56,718 nucleotides of DNA, filler included, from Sphacelaria rigidula (GCA_964200075.2; 6 parts of 6 records of this genome joined end to end with filler, not necessarily neighbours in it), one strand, 5' to 3'; positions 24,762 to 37,929 are shown, counted from the whole stretch's first letter. The notes: a model not told the origin generated them from the letters alone. Numbers and translations: made by a program.

Positions 24762-24856
24762 ATTGGCGGCCGATTAACTGGAAAACAATCGATGTACTGG
24801 CCGCTGGCGCGGCCAGTTTAAACTCAACTGGCCAGAGCAGCCAGTTCACAGCTCTA
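24027..24856. mobile_element. Non-autonomous DNA transposon (hAT-like)
   Basis: TIRs CAGGGCTGTGAACTG...CAGTTCACAGCTCTA, a perfect 8-bp TSD CGAATATA, repeated CCAGTT/AACTGG motifs, and internal poly-G tracts. Confidence 0.85.
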
Positions 24857-25291
24857 CGAATATATCTTATAATATCGTCGCAATCTGCACCCATGGCGTT
24901 GTCTTATCGCACGGCCTCCTTATCATTAGCTGTGACAGAACTCTGCTCTTTGTTTTTCCTCAAGGCCGGTACTGGATGTCAGCCTGACGTTTTCCCCTCC
25001 GCTATACTTTTAGTTTCCCCTCCTTATTTTTTTCTCTTTTCCCCCCAGTTCATTTCATTTTTTCTTCTTCTGTTTTTCTTCCACAGCCCCCCCTCCTTTT
25101 TTTTTCTCTCCTCGAGTTTTCTTCGTTGGCGAATACTTTTGTTCCGTCCACCTCTGGCTATGTGCGTGTATAATGTTTTTAGTGACCGTGGATGCATTCC
25201 CAGAGGATGAGCCAATGCGCGACCATTGATGAAGCAATAAAACCGATCCACATCACATAACATCAAATCAAAACACATCGAACCGATACAG

Positions 25292-25393
25292 GTTTCCGAC
25301 GCAGTAACGGCGTTTCTGAAGCTGTTCTGTGGGTCGGCGAAGATACACCAGCGTAGGGCTAACAAATCGGGCAAGTCGATAGCCTACTACCAG
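25292..25393 (+). CDS. EXOC8: Exocyst subunit Exo84, internal exon
   Basis: ACAG acceptor and CAG|GTGAGA donor. 34 codons, VSDAVTAFLKLF..., continuing the helix after FFQQ. Phase 0/0. Confidence 0.75.
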
Positions 25394-25831
25394 GTGAGAG
25401 ACGGGGGGAAGGGGTGTACTCATGATCATGCATGCCATAGTCACAAGACCATTGAGAAGGGGGCGTACTCATTTGTTGCTTGCCTTAGTCGTGTGACCAT
25501 TGACCACGCATCCCTTTCGAGACGGAGCATTGAAGCATTGAGAAGGGGGGGGGGCGAGAGGGAGACAACAAGGGAGATGGGGAGGTAAAAGCGGGCCGAG
25601 TTAATTTTTGTCTTCATTTCTGTCCATCATGTAGCTTCAGTACGCGGGATCGTCTTCTCTCAAGCGTTCTATTACAGCGGTTGATTGCGACAGTACGTTG
25701 AAATCATCTGCTCACCCCTTGTTCTATGTCTTGTTGTTGGTGTTGATGGTTGTGCATCTTGCCCTCCCCTTTTGACAATGTGTGGTTCACTTGGACGTCA
25801 TTTTTGTGTTTGTTTCCTCCCCTGTTTTTTC

Positions 25832-26066
25832 CAAGGGTCTACACGTGACACTCACTACGTGTCACGTCGTGTCACGTTTCACGTCAAAAGTTAAACCAGG
25901 CTAGTACTACGGTGGGGGACCACGTGGGGAGCCCTGATTTGACTTGACTTTTGAACAGGGCTCCCCAGGTGGTTCCTATCCCCCACCGTAGTACAAGCCC
26001 GGCTTAACTTTCGACGTGAAACGTAACACGACGTGAGATGTACCGAGTGTTACGTGTAGACCCTTG
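25832..26066. mobile_element. Foldback MITE
   Basis: Inverted arms of ~100 bp (CAAGGGTCTACACGT...ACGTGTAGACCCTTG) and a perfect 8-bp TSD GTTTTTTC. Confidence 0.9.
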
Positions 26067-26418
26067 GTTTTTTCGTCTTTTGCGAGTGTTTTCTCTTCAT
26101 GCCTCGCTGTCTTGTGTTTCGTTCGTCTTTCGCGTCGTGATTTGTCTGTTTTTCAGTGTGTCATCGTCGCTGTCGTTTTACTTGCCTGATTTTTTTTTTT
26201 TTAATGTGTATATACATCTTCATCGCTGTTCCTTGTCTTTATGCTGTTCTTGGAGACATTCTTGCCACTTGATGATTATTATTGTTCTCTCATTACTCCT
26301 CTCCTCACCTCTCCTCTCCTCTTCTCTTATTTTCTATGTTTCCCCGCGTACTTCGTTTGTCTGTGTTCGCTTTCAATGGTTGGTACTTCTCTCGTATCTC
26401 CAGTGTAATATCTATATA

Positions 26419-26600
26419 TGTACAAGGTTTCCCTTCGGGGAGTTGGTACGGGCCTCCCGGGGGTGACGCAAGTCGAAAGTATAAAATATACTTCGTACGA
26501 GTGTGCCCTTTCAGTGCGCTGCAAAAGAAAGCGTGGGGAAATATACCTTGCTGGCAGAGAAAACTCGGCAAAAGTGAACATGTGAAATGATACCTGTACA
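26419..26600. repeat. Dispersed repeat with TGTACA termini; related copy at ~28100-28250
   Basis: Both copies share CTGCAAAAGAA.GCG...CGGCAAAAGTG...GTGAAATGATAC.TGTACA. Confidence 0.55.
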
Positions 26601-27410
26601 TAATACACATGGGTTGAATGAAAAGGGAAAAAGCGCGCGAGTCATCGCTTTGTCCGCGACGATCGAGCAAGTATATATTGCCCTCTGCGAAGAATAAACA
26701 GACGTGGACAAACAAGCACAACTGATGAGGGAGCCTCCAATTACATAGACCGATGTTTTCGTGAGATTGAGAGTAGAGGATACGGTTGAGAAGAAAAAGC
26801 GGCCAATTAGTGATTTAATCGTTTCAGTTCTGATATATCCCTCCGCGAGGCCCTTACCGAACCAGCGGGCTAATTCACAGTTATTCACCTGCGAAGCACC
26901 GGCACAGAGATGATCCTGTGAAGTCAGTGTTGCGCTAAAAGCAAAAGAAAAAATCGGAACAGAATCTCACCATTTTGCCCTCTAGTGCGCACTGCTGCAG
27001 CGCACAGCACCAGATATAGCGACTTGGAACTGTTGACTGTGTTTTGCACAGCCTATGAGCGATGTTTCAGCGCCTCGCAGCGGCTGCAGCGCGCTTAGGG
27101 CCGTGCGCCATGAAGTGCGCAGCTCAACAGACTGTATGCCGATCGGTGCACTACAGATGGTCATGATCCAGAAAGGACCGCAGTACAGACTGGTGCCAGT
27201 TTGCTACCGCTTCGGCCGTCCAGTCGCTCAACATGTCTAAGTTTATGCATCTGCGCATACATATATGCATTCGCCTGTAGTGCGACACTGGTAGACCTAA
27301 AGAAATATACATAAGCAGCGATCGGTAGTCGATTTGACTTTGTTTCAGACTAAAGAAAATTCTGAGAAAAATCATGATATGGGGCAGGTGAGCAGTGATA
27401 AGCAGTAGAA

Positions 27411-27569
27411 CTAGGTCGTCCAGAACGTGTTTTGGTCCAAAATCGGCTCAAAGGCGTCGGTTTGAGTTCTCGTAACGCACGCTTTAGCTTCGAAACTGCA
27501 CCCCCCCTTGCCCGAGAGTGCTCGGTATGCCTTGGTCGATGTTAGTGCTAGGGTTAGCGTTAGGGTTGG
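27411..27569 (-). mobile_element. Helitron/Helentron-like short element, copy 2
   Basis: Homologous to 9723-9878 and ends CTAG|T on the minus strand. Confidence 0.5.
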
Positions 27570-28410
27570 TGGCATCTCCATAGCACCAACCATTGTTTAC
27601 GTACATTTCCTCAAGCCCCCTCGGTGAAGTACTCGTGCAGGGATGCATCCTTGTCACAAGGACATTCTTGCGCCGGTACTTCACACAGGTGCATATTTTG
27701 AGGAAACTCTCTGTTACGGGTTGCATGACCACGGGGATTTGGTCACCCCCCTGCGCTTGTCGAGCACAGCTGACCGACAGCGAGGACGTTTGCCCACGTG
27801 TGTGCCTTGTTCAAGTCGCCAACAGCTCATTGCACGGACTTAGTTTTGCTGGTGACTAAGGCCAAGGCAATGTTTCAATTGTTTTCAACTACTTTGCTTT
27901 CATGTTCTCGTGACATTCGCTACACAACCGCTGTCTTCGTACTCCCGAATCAACGAGAACGCAAAGAAATACCCCGCCATGAACAGGCTTTTGTGGTTCG
28001 GGTTCTTGTTTGAAGTTTTCCATGATGGGGCTTTTCTGGTTCGGGATCGACACCCCGCAAAAAAGAGCCAGTGTGGGCGACTTTCGATGGCCAGAACACG
28101 CGCCACAGGTATCAGATGACACCCATACCTGAAAGGTAATGTACCGCTGCACCTTCTTCGCGCACTGCAAAAGAAGGCGCGTGATAAGATGCCTTGCCGC
28201 CTGAGGAAACGCGGCAAAAGTGGTGAGAGAAGTGAAATGATACATGTACATACTTCCTCTGTCCCATAAGTCTGTATCGTTATGTTTGTACGAGCCCTTA
28301 ACGATGTCCGNNNNNNNNNNNNNNNNNNNNNNNNNNNNNNNNNNNNNNNNNNNNTTAATTAATTAANNNNNNNNNNNNNNNNNNNNNNNNNNNNNNNNNN
28401 NNNNNNNNNN

Positions 28411-28912
28411 GGGACGGAGCACGCCGGGTTTTCGCCGGACCAGGCTCGCACTCAATCACCAAGTGCGAAGCGCCGTGATATGTTTGGCAAGTCGCATGAA
28501 GGGTGAGCTGCATCCTGCTAAGATTCGGTCGGAAGCCTATTGATTATCTTGCATTTGGATGACAGCCTACAATGAGTTGTTTCATTTTCTAGTATCGCCA
28601 CTTCCAGAGACAGCCACGGCTTATACACTGCCTCATGTATGTCTCACCATTAAAACACTACTTAGTACGATCATTCCCCTTGTGCAGAAGTGAGGTTCTC
28701 TCCCACGCCGCACAACATGATAAAGCTCGAGCACCATCATGGTTACCGCAAAAAAACGCAAGCGCGCAAAATAAAATCGTTGACCTGGTTGCCCAGCTTA
28801 CGTAGTGAGTGGCGTGTTTTATATTCGTCATCGCCAACCGAAGCCAATCCCATCGGGGGTCCGCCCCTACAAAGCCGGGACGGAGCACGCCGGGTTCTCG
28901 CCGACCCAGGCT
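28411..28912 (-). mobile_element. SINE family B copy (3' end cut by spacer) plus a short fragment
   Basis: Homologous to 19096-19576, with the same 5' end at ~28851. Confidence 0.8.
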
Positions 28913-29145
28913 AAGGGGAGGAGACTGTGACGTGAACCCTGCTTCGATCAATGATTCTCGTACCTAACAACCCTAATCCTGTAGTACAGGGAATTCAGCG
29001 CTTGAGTTTCTCGTATACAGCACACAGGCAGATGTGCGAGGTGCACAAGAGGGAACAACCATATCGATCTCTGCTTCATAAAATGATGTCGTGATGTATT
29101 TATTCACCTATTCGTCGCACTTTGAACCCCTCCCCTTTCTAGAGA

Positions 29146-29405
29146 CGAGTCCGTGGACTGAAGGGGTCATCCCCTATCTCCCCCGGTACACGCCTTGCAT
29201 TTTGTTCCCGCGGATTGGGTCAGTACTCCCGCACCGCGGCAACTCACGTCGAACAAACCCAGTCGACTGCTTTGTTTAATCACGTTCTCACGCTGTCCAC
29301 GGTGGAAATTAGATACTACGAAGAAAAAAAACACCGATGCGGAATCGAACCTTCGCTCTCTCCACCCTGACGCCGACAAGTGGACCATCACACCACCGGG
29401 GCCCG
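29146..29405 (-). mobile_element. tRNA-headed SINE, family A, copy 3
   Basis: Homologous to 290-552, with TGGTGTGATGG and GGTTCGATTCC boxes. Confidence 0.75.
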
Positions 29406-30024
29406 ATAGCGTATATATGTATGTATATATATATACGGTATGGTGCCCGTTCATCGGGAGGAAGAGCTCGAGCTCGGCTCACCTCGGCACACTACGAGAT
29501 GGGCCAGCAAACGCACGTCACGTAACAACTTCTCGAGTTTCACGAATTGTCCCTATTTAACCATATCGCTATGAGCTGTAGACCAACCTGGTCATGCACG
29601 CTCTGCCGCTGAAAACAAAAATGAATGAAATCCACTGCAAAATACATCACCTTGACGACGGAACGAAAAAAAAAGAAGAGGATATATCGGGATTCGAACT
29701 CGTGACCTCTATAACTGGAGTCTCCTGTATCACTTGGATTGCAGGAGCTGGGTCCAATTTTATTTTTTTTCGTCGAATTTTGACCAGAATCTCCTGCACG
29801 CAAATACGAACAACACATCGGGGGATGCCGCTACTTTTCGTTTTTTTCACGGAGTTATGGCATTTTCCCTTTTTTTGCTGAAATTTCGAATCGCTCCAAC
29901 TCTCTGTTTTTTTTTTTTCCTAGGCATTTTGAGAAATGTTGGGCGTGTTGATGATAAAAATCTTGTGTCAAAATTTCAACGCCCAACTCCTCAAAAATTA
30001 GCACCGCCGAACGCGAAAACATCC

Positions 30025-30280
30025 CATGGTTCGGACGAGTCATCGCCGGTTCTAATCACCAAATCCGCGGTATTTCAGGCCTGGTTGCTTGAAGGAGAGA
30101 AAACTTCGATCGCAGGTCAAAAAGGTCTCCACGCCATTTTTGCGTCATCACGGGCTTGGGTTGTGCGTGCCTGGATTGCAACGCTGCAAACAAAGCCTAA
30201 GGATTGATTCGTACGGTACGAATTAAATCACACTATAATCAAGTAATTTCCAGACGAATCATCAACTCATCCGACCCTTG
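30025..30280. mobile_element. MITE (CAxGG...CCTTG family); second copy at 39807-40064
   Basis: TIRs CATGGTTCGGA...TCCGACCCTTG and internal homology with 39807-40064. The TSD is degenerate. Confidence 0.75.
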
Positions 30281-30601
30281 AAACGATCAAGAATCACCGT
30301 CAGCTGGCCCAGCTCGTACTTGTGTGAAGCAACACTAAATTCAGGCGTCTCTTCTTCTGCCCCGAATCCTTCCCTGTCTCTTTCTCACATTTCCCGCTCT
30401 CCCCTTGAACAGAGGGTACAAGAACATGTTCGGTTCTCATTGTAGCGTGAAGCACTCGGATCTTGAAAAAAAAGCGAAGCGTCAGTTCCACCTGCTTGGC
30501 AGCGCGTCCACAGTACCTATTTCTGCAAAAAAAAAAACAGCACGCTGGATCGATCTGTCTTTGTTTCTCTCCCCATCTCTACTTCTAAATTTGGAGTCAT
30601 G

Positions 30602-30738
30602 CATCCCTGGACAATACAATACACAGTCAGAAAGTGTACTGTGTACAGTATCGACTATTGTGCCCATTACAACAGACAATAGATTCCATACTGTACGCAG
30701 TACATTTTTCTATAATGGAATCTCTTGTCCAGGGTGTG
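30602..30738. mobile_element. Small MITE of the CACACCCTGGACAA family
   Basis: TIRs CATCCCTGGACAA...TTGTCCAGGGTGTG and TSD GAGTCAT(G/T). Confidence 0.75.
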
Positions 30739-31799
30739 GAGTCATTCCACGATAGGGGTCCCACGTTTGGGCCCAGATCTTTCTCGCTGAGGGGGTCCTA
30801 GAGTAGGAGCTACACAATGAATACGGGTGAGGATATTCCCCTTTTAAAATTGGTTCAAGATATCCCTACGAGTAGCCCATTGGAACCCTGATCTTGGCGT
30901 GCTCTCACATGTTCCATAAGCTTCTCTCGGGTGAGATAAAGCAACAGGATGAAGGACTCCGAATTTACCCAAGCCTGATGGATATTTTGTTCGCCCTTAC
31001 CATGACATGACTATTTACCAATGAATACATTTTGCCTAGGATAACCCCTGCCTCCCCCCCCCTCTTCCCACACACACTGCGACGAGCCTGGTGGGGCGAA
31101 AACCCGGCGTGCTCCGCCTCGGCTTTGTAGGGATGCAAGCTCAACGATCTCATGCCTGTGGCATGCAAGACTATGAGCACACCCCTTTTTAGTGCTCCGT
31201 CTCGAAAGGGATGCGTGGTCAACGGTCAAACGATCAAGGCACGCAATAAATGAGTACTAACCCCCCCTCAGACTGCAACCACCATCACTCTCCCCTTGAT
31301 TCTTGGGTCTGCCCTGGGTTAGCTTTCGGAATTATATAGGGTCTTTTTGACAAAAAAAAACAAAATGCACAAGTGTATGTGTCCAAGGTTGTGTTCTGTG
31401 CCCTACACCAGCTGAAATTATTTCGGGTATATATCCACACACATAAAAAATGAGGGTACTTACGTCAAGTATAAAATAAATTAGGTGTTTTATCGGTAAA
31501 CGCCCTTCCGAACCATACCGGATTGTTCGGAACGGGGCCCGTTAACCCTGCCGAACCACACCAGAATCTTCGACACATATTCCGGTATGGTTCAGTATGT
31601 GAACCATTTTCCGGTATGGTTCGGTATACGAACCAAGAAATCAACCACTTTCGGGTACACACCATCTAGACAAAACACAACCTTGCATGTGTCATTCAAC
31701 CATGATTTTTTCTCGTTTTTCACTATAGCGACCGGTTGACGTAAACCCGTCCTGCCTTCGCGCTCGTAAAAGTCACAACAGAACACCCAACGCGCTCAC

Positions 31800-31967
31800 C
31801 TTCCCCGACTTGCAGAACGTTACCCGTCCGCCACACAGTCGTCGCACCGCCAGCTGCGCCTCCAGCAAAATGGCCGTGTTCTTGTGGTTGACCTTGTCGT
31901 CCATGACGGCAATCTCCAGCTCCGCCAACGCGGGATGAGTCCAATCCGGAACACTTCGCGGGGAAAC
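31800..31967 (-). CDS. Inositol polyphosphate 4-phosphatase (INPP4-like), catalytic exon
   Basis: CACAG acceptor and AAG|GTGAGC donor. 56 codons ending KNTAILLEAQLAVRRLCGGRVTFCKSGK, the first part of the INPP4 CKS(A/G)KDRT CX5R motif. This frame is not in the supplied ORF track. Confidence 0.88.
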
Positions 31968-34070
31968 CTGTGACTGGCCGAATCATCGGGAGCGGCCCGG
32001 GGGTGCGGAGAGAACAAGTGGAAAAAACAACAACAACGACGAAACTGTCATTTTCGAGAAAGCACACGTTTTTTTTCATCGAGTGTTCTGTTCACATAAG
32101 AGGGGATTATTATCTGAAAATGCGCGTGTTTCTCCAGAACTTTTTTTTTTCTCGTTCTCTCACACTCAACACTGTGTATGATGCCGTCCCTCCCTCTTTC
32201 CCCCCTTCTTCGTGACTAGAGATGGGCACCGGATAACAAAAACAAAAAGAGCGGGTACCGGATAAGAGGCGTTATTCTCAAGGCTCAATCTCACATCTCC
32301 GCACCAGTGCAGTACCGGTCGAACTTGACAGCACGGTGGCTGGTGACAACAATTTTATTGTGAAATAGGAAATGGTATTGATGATTACTTGAACAGCTGC
32401 AGCTGTTCAAATCTGGCACCCAACTCTAGCCAGCACAGGGTGTCGAAAGGAAAAACTATAGTAGTAAATTGGGCACCTTAACGGTTCATTTAGCAATTTC
32501 TTCGTCACTGGCGATTTTCTTGGGCTCTTTCGCTTACCACCTCTCATCACATTGGGGATCTGAAGATACTTGTATCCACTCCACGTGCCAATATATATAT
32601 ATATAGATGTACTGCACTCGATATTGAGTGACTTACGGGCTGACCAGTCATCGGGGGGCCCTGCCACTTTTCAGCCCAGATTCTGACTCTTCGGTATTTT
32701 CGGTCGATCGAGTCTGTCCCGATCGTATTTGTGAAGGAAATGTACAGGCTTGTTTTTTGAAAATTCCACATACTCATTGCACTAGAGCCGAATAAATGTG
32801 CTTCACGGTCAATAAAACCCTCCTGATAAACGGGGTATCTACTCGTATCGTCCGATAACACCAATTAACATCAACTTGGGCACTGTGTTTTGAGGACGAT
32901 CTGCTTATTTTACCAAGATCTACCGACGCTAGCTCTTTTGAGTTCTATCGAAGAGTAGTACGCGAGAAAAATCCCCAAAACAATCCTGAGCAGTTCGGGC
33001 GCCCAGTACTGTATGCACCCCACACCCTGCCGGCCCTTGCAACCCAATGCCCGAAAATACGAGGAAGGAGCAGGGGTCATGCCATTCCTCAACTTCAAAC
33101 TTCGCAATTGAACCGGTTAAACCCGCTCACCGAAAAAATCGGTTTAACCGCCATAATAACGCCTCCTTTTCCCGTTTCCCGGTTAAACCGGGGGAAAAAA
33201 ATCCGGTTTGTTTTCTTCAGAACCATAACCGGTAAACGGTTATTGGGGTTTCCAAGAAACGGTTACAACCGTTTTTTGTCACTTCCCCAAAGGCAGATGC
33301 CGTCAAAAATATGTGCATCGTTTGTTGACACCACAGCAGCGAGAGAGCAGTGGGTGGAGTTGATCCCTTGAGGCTACGGACTCACTCCTCCCGAGCAAGG
33401 GAAGGAGTTCCAAAAAAGGATGAAAATACGAACAAAGAACCAAACAAGAATAATAGAAAATAATAGAAAACTAAGGAAAGAATTTAAAAAAAATGAGAAA
33501 AAGAGGTAGATATGGGACGACGATTGACCTGCTTGACACACCTTCGATATCGTTGCAAGGCCCTTGTGGAGTTTCGGCTAGGGAGGGTGGGAGGTAGTGG
33601 GGGGGGGTGTACTCATGATCTTGCATACCTTAGTCATATGACCATTGATCTCGCATCCCTACAAAGCCGGGACGGAGCACGCCAGGTTTTCACCCGACCA
33701 GGCTCGCGGTGGGGTAGGGGGGTGTACCTGAGCGATGTCAAAAACTATTCATCTAGAAGCCCGTGACTGCCGAGGCGTGTGGAATGGCTGCAGCATGGCG
33801 AGCTGCGGTCGCCGTGGGTACAGACGTGTAACTGGGAAGGTCTTTGTGTGCTGGTAATATGTTAAAATCCCAGAAAACATGAAAATCAGGGAAAGTCAAA
33901 GGAAAATAAATGAAATCACGATATAATACACGGGAAAACAAAACAACACACACTGAATTATGACCTACTCAAAAACGCCGTGGGAGGGTAGAAGGGAGGG
34001 AAGGGAGTGAAAGGGGGGGAAGGAAAGGGTATCTCCGCAAGCACTCTCGCGGTCCATCATCGTTCATCAC

Positions 34071-34889
34071 CTTCTCTGACGCCGAATATCCGGCCGTCGT
34101 CGCCAACCCGTCCTCCCCGGCACACCTCACGCCGGCCGCTTCCGACATATTCACTTCCAAGGAAGGTACTGGCGCCGCAAAGTTACCCGACATGGACGCG
34201 GAGCCATGACTCCCAGAAGCACCAACTTCAGCTGCCGCTCCGACTGCCGCTCCAGGCCCACTGCCCCACGGCCCGGCGCTTTCTACCGCCGCGCTGCTCG
34301 CTTCACCACGGTTACTATCAAAAGATAGAAGATCCACCAGATCGCCTGCTACCAACAATTCCTGCTTCCGCTGCTGCTGCTCTGGCCCTCGCTGCCGCTG
34401 TTCGATCTTGCTGCTCACGCTGCCGCCACCCCCCACAGCGTCATTACCACCACCATCATTACCATCGCAGTTATCACTGCCATCAATAATTTTGTCGTCA
34501 CCCCTGACCGCAATCGCGTTACTATCCTTACCGACGATCGAGGGTCTCTTCGCCAGAAATCGGGATATCAGGGGCGGAGCCGGGCTCGGGGACGCGGCAC
34601 GCCCTCCCTTCGAGTAACTCTCCACTCCCCCACCGCCTCCAAAGCTTTTCCCGCTGCTGCTGCTGCCGCCACCGCCGCCTCCGCCGCTTGGTACCTCGAA
34701 GCCAAACAACGATGGTCGCTGCTGTTGCTGTTGCTGTTGTTGTCGACGCGGCGACGAGCCTCGTTGCAAAGGATGCCGAACGGCGTGCCACGAGCCCGGA
34801 GTAGGGGAGGCTGCGGCGGGCTTACTGGCGGGGCAAACTCGGTGGCAGTACCGGTTAAGCCTCGCCAGATTTTGAGAGTTGATGTCCGC
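34071..34889 (-). CDS. INPP4-like protein, large exon with low-complexity insert
   Basis: AAACAG acceptor, then ADINSQNLARLNRY (INPP4 'Q..IN...L..L..Y' segment) and Gly/Ser/Gln-rich sequence. The AAG|GTGATG donor is phase 0, matching the 31967 exon. Confidence 0.75.
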
Positions 34890-35716
34890 CTGTTTTTTCA
34901 TATCATTTAATTTGGTCCGTTTATTTATATTTTACGGAAGCGGATAGGAAGGATGCAGTGATGCAACGATGGAAATACACGGGAGGTTTGGGTGGGTGGG
35001 TGGGGGCAGGGAGGAAGGCTGTCAACGAGGAAACGTGTTCTGATGTTCTCAACGCGGTACGAACGTGTAGTCAGGGCGCCCACGCGCGCCAGTTGACCGC
35101 CCGCTCTTCTTTTTGTTTTTGCTTTTTTTGCCGGAGAGATTCTCTTTGAAATATTTCACATCCTGGACAATAATAATATCTGATAATGATGCAATGGACA
35201 AAAAAATGTACAACGGTGTATCGGCCTATTGCAACTGTTGACGGCCGCCAGTTGTTGCAACTAACCTACATGCTTCACCTGGCACATTTTGTCTATCGCA
35301 ACTTATTGCAACTATTGATCAAATATATACATATATGTAGTGCCCAATGTGAGGAATATTCGATGTTTTCCCGGCGGAGGGGAAGACAGACGCCCTACTC
35401 AAGAGAGATCGTTCCGTTTGCCACGCATATATACCGCTCGCCAGAGGAATTCCTACACGCCTAATACTGTTCACAAGTGCAAAGCCTCTTGCTAATCAGA
35501 CATCATGCGCCCATACCACGATCGAGAGAAATGGGCAAAAACCACGACAAGCACAGGAATCTTCTCCCGGCCCATTATTTACTCGTGCACAGGATACTGT
35601 GTGACCCACATCGACGGTGTTGTGGAATATTACAGCAGTATCCGACACGGGGGATGTGTTGCAGAAGACATCAGACTGCATGCAAACACGCTATGCGGCC
35701 AGCCACACCGCCATCT

Positions 35717-36048
35717 GACACTTTCCACGATAGCCCCCCCTCAGAAAAGTGCTCCGTCTCGAAAGGGATGCGTGGTCAATGGTCACACGACTAAGGCAAG
35801 CAACAAATGAGTACGCCCTCAGAAAAGTGCCTGGTTTGGGGAGGCAATATCTTCACGGAAACCGAAATTGAAAAAGCGGAGCACGACGAGCAGCTGGGAA
35901 TTCCCACATTTGGGTTTGTTTTCGCCAATTTTACTCATACGAGGCCCTTCATGCAGCCTGAACCCAAACATTAGGCGCTGTATGTCCATTTTTTTCGTGA
36001 CACTTTTGGGCTGGTTCGGAGGGAAGGGGGGCTATCGTAAAAAGTGTC
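35717..36048. mobile_element. MITE with GACACTTT..ACGATAGCCCCCC TIRs carrying a nested 63-bp LINE 3' insert (35753-35815)
   Basis: 23-bp TIRs flanked by ATCT on both sides. The nested insert has a 15-bp TSD CCCTCAGAAAAGTGC. A related copy lies at 51489-51715. Confidence 0.8.
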
Positions 36049-36292
36049 ATCTCAGGATGATAAAATTTGGGACAGTTCAGTATAGCACAGTAGTCGCGGT
36101 CGCGCCAATAGTGCTGTAGTACATGGGCGTGGTCAACAAACGCAGCTCTTGTTCCGGAACAACCGAACGGGATGGTGTATTCGATGGGGGAAGGGGGGGG
36201 GGGGGGGGGGGGAGACACGCCCAGTGGGGGGGGCGGGGGGGGGGGGATNNNNNNNNTCCGCGCCTGTTGTTGTGGAGGCTGGGGGGGGTTGG

Positions 36293-36327
<35 letters not shown>

Positions 36328-37929
36328 ATACGCCATCAGTGGGGCGTGCGGTGCGGTGCGGATGTGGCCGCGTCGGGTTGACTTGGTGCTTCAATTTTGT
36401 TCTGACTTTGACGGAAATTTCCCACCGCACCCCCGCAGCTAACGGAGCAGAGCGAACACAAGTTGATACACACGCACAAGACCAGTAAGCAGCATGGAAC
36501 CGAAGCGACGAGCTTATCCCGGTCATAAGCCCCTGTTGCCCAAGCGGAAGCTCGTGACGTTAAGAGTTGGGGGAGGAAGGACGACCTCGGTCGGCTTTCG
36601 CACTCTGCACATTCAGGCAAAAAAAAAACTCACAATCCCACCCACACTCAACTATGTCAGGCTGCGACAGTCAGTCGGGCCTATCGGTCAAACCTCACAG
36701 CTAAGAATTCGTTTCAGCGCCCACCTGATCCACTAGCGGTCATCTACGCCTACTCTTGCTACACTCCAATAGTGTCATCCTCCAAAAACTGGCGGGACTC
36801 TTAGAGGCCGGATTCTCGGAACAGACGGCCGCGGGTGCTCAGAGTGTTCGTAGCTTGTGGATCTAGAAAATTTTGTTTTGTTAAAACGAGTGATGTTTGT
36901 TTTGGATATTCCAGTCCGCCACGCTCTGCATAATATTGATTGAACCTCCATCTGTGCAATATTGTGGACAATACATGTCCCTGCAGTATGTGTATTTAGT
37001 GATGCGCATCGTATCCTCAATCTCGACACGTCTGGGATATACTGTATCGACATCGCCTCAAACTGCACGAATTCTAGGTAGCATATCGTACCTTGCGATA
37101 CATCGTGCGATACGTGATATTTCCCACGATATATTAAGATTCAAGATACGATATGTGCAGTTTTACGTGCGAAAATCAAGTTGGTTACAGGTTATCGATG
37201 CTTTGGAGAATTTTGAAGGCCAATATGCCCATGTCGTATCCTTTATCATGCGATTTCACGCGATATGATATATCGGATATCGTGTCGATATCGCGATTTT
37301 ATCATCTATAAACATCACTAGTATCGTTCTTAAAAAATATCCCGAGTCGAAAAGATTCCGAATCTCCGCCACAGCAACGAGAGAGAAAAAAAAAAGGGAG
37401 GGAGATGACAGCGCGTTCATGAAGTAGGCAGCAGTTACTCATCCCATCATAATCTCCGATCCTACTTCCTGTCCGACACACCAACAAAAGCTAACATTCG
37501 TGTGTGAAACACGCGTGTGTACGTTTTCAATGACAAACGCGGGGAGGGGGGGAGCGTGCTCATTTGTTGCTTGCCTCAGTCGTTTGACCATTAACCACGC
37601 ATCTCTTTCGAGACGGGGCACCGTTCCTACTCCGAGAAGACGGGGGCGTGGGGGGGTGTTCGTGATCATGCATGCCATAGTCATATCACTGTCGACCTCG
37701 CATCCCTACAAAGCCGGGACGGAGCGCGCAGGTTTTCGCCGGACCAGGCTCGCACTCAAGCACCAAGTGCGAAGCGCCGTNNNNNNNNNNNNNNNNNNNN
37801 NNNNNNNNNNNNNNNNNNNNNNNNTTAATTAATTAANNNNNNNNNNNNNNNNNNNNNNNNNNNNNNNNNNNNNNNNNNNNGTCAGCGCTGACTGATCAGT
37901 AGTCTAGTTGGTTGTCTCTTAAACCGTCA

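Noticed and set aside
26640-28100. Further Exo84 exons or another gene at the end of contig 3
   Set aside because: Several short open frames exist, but none has a recognisable motif together with consistent splice sites.
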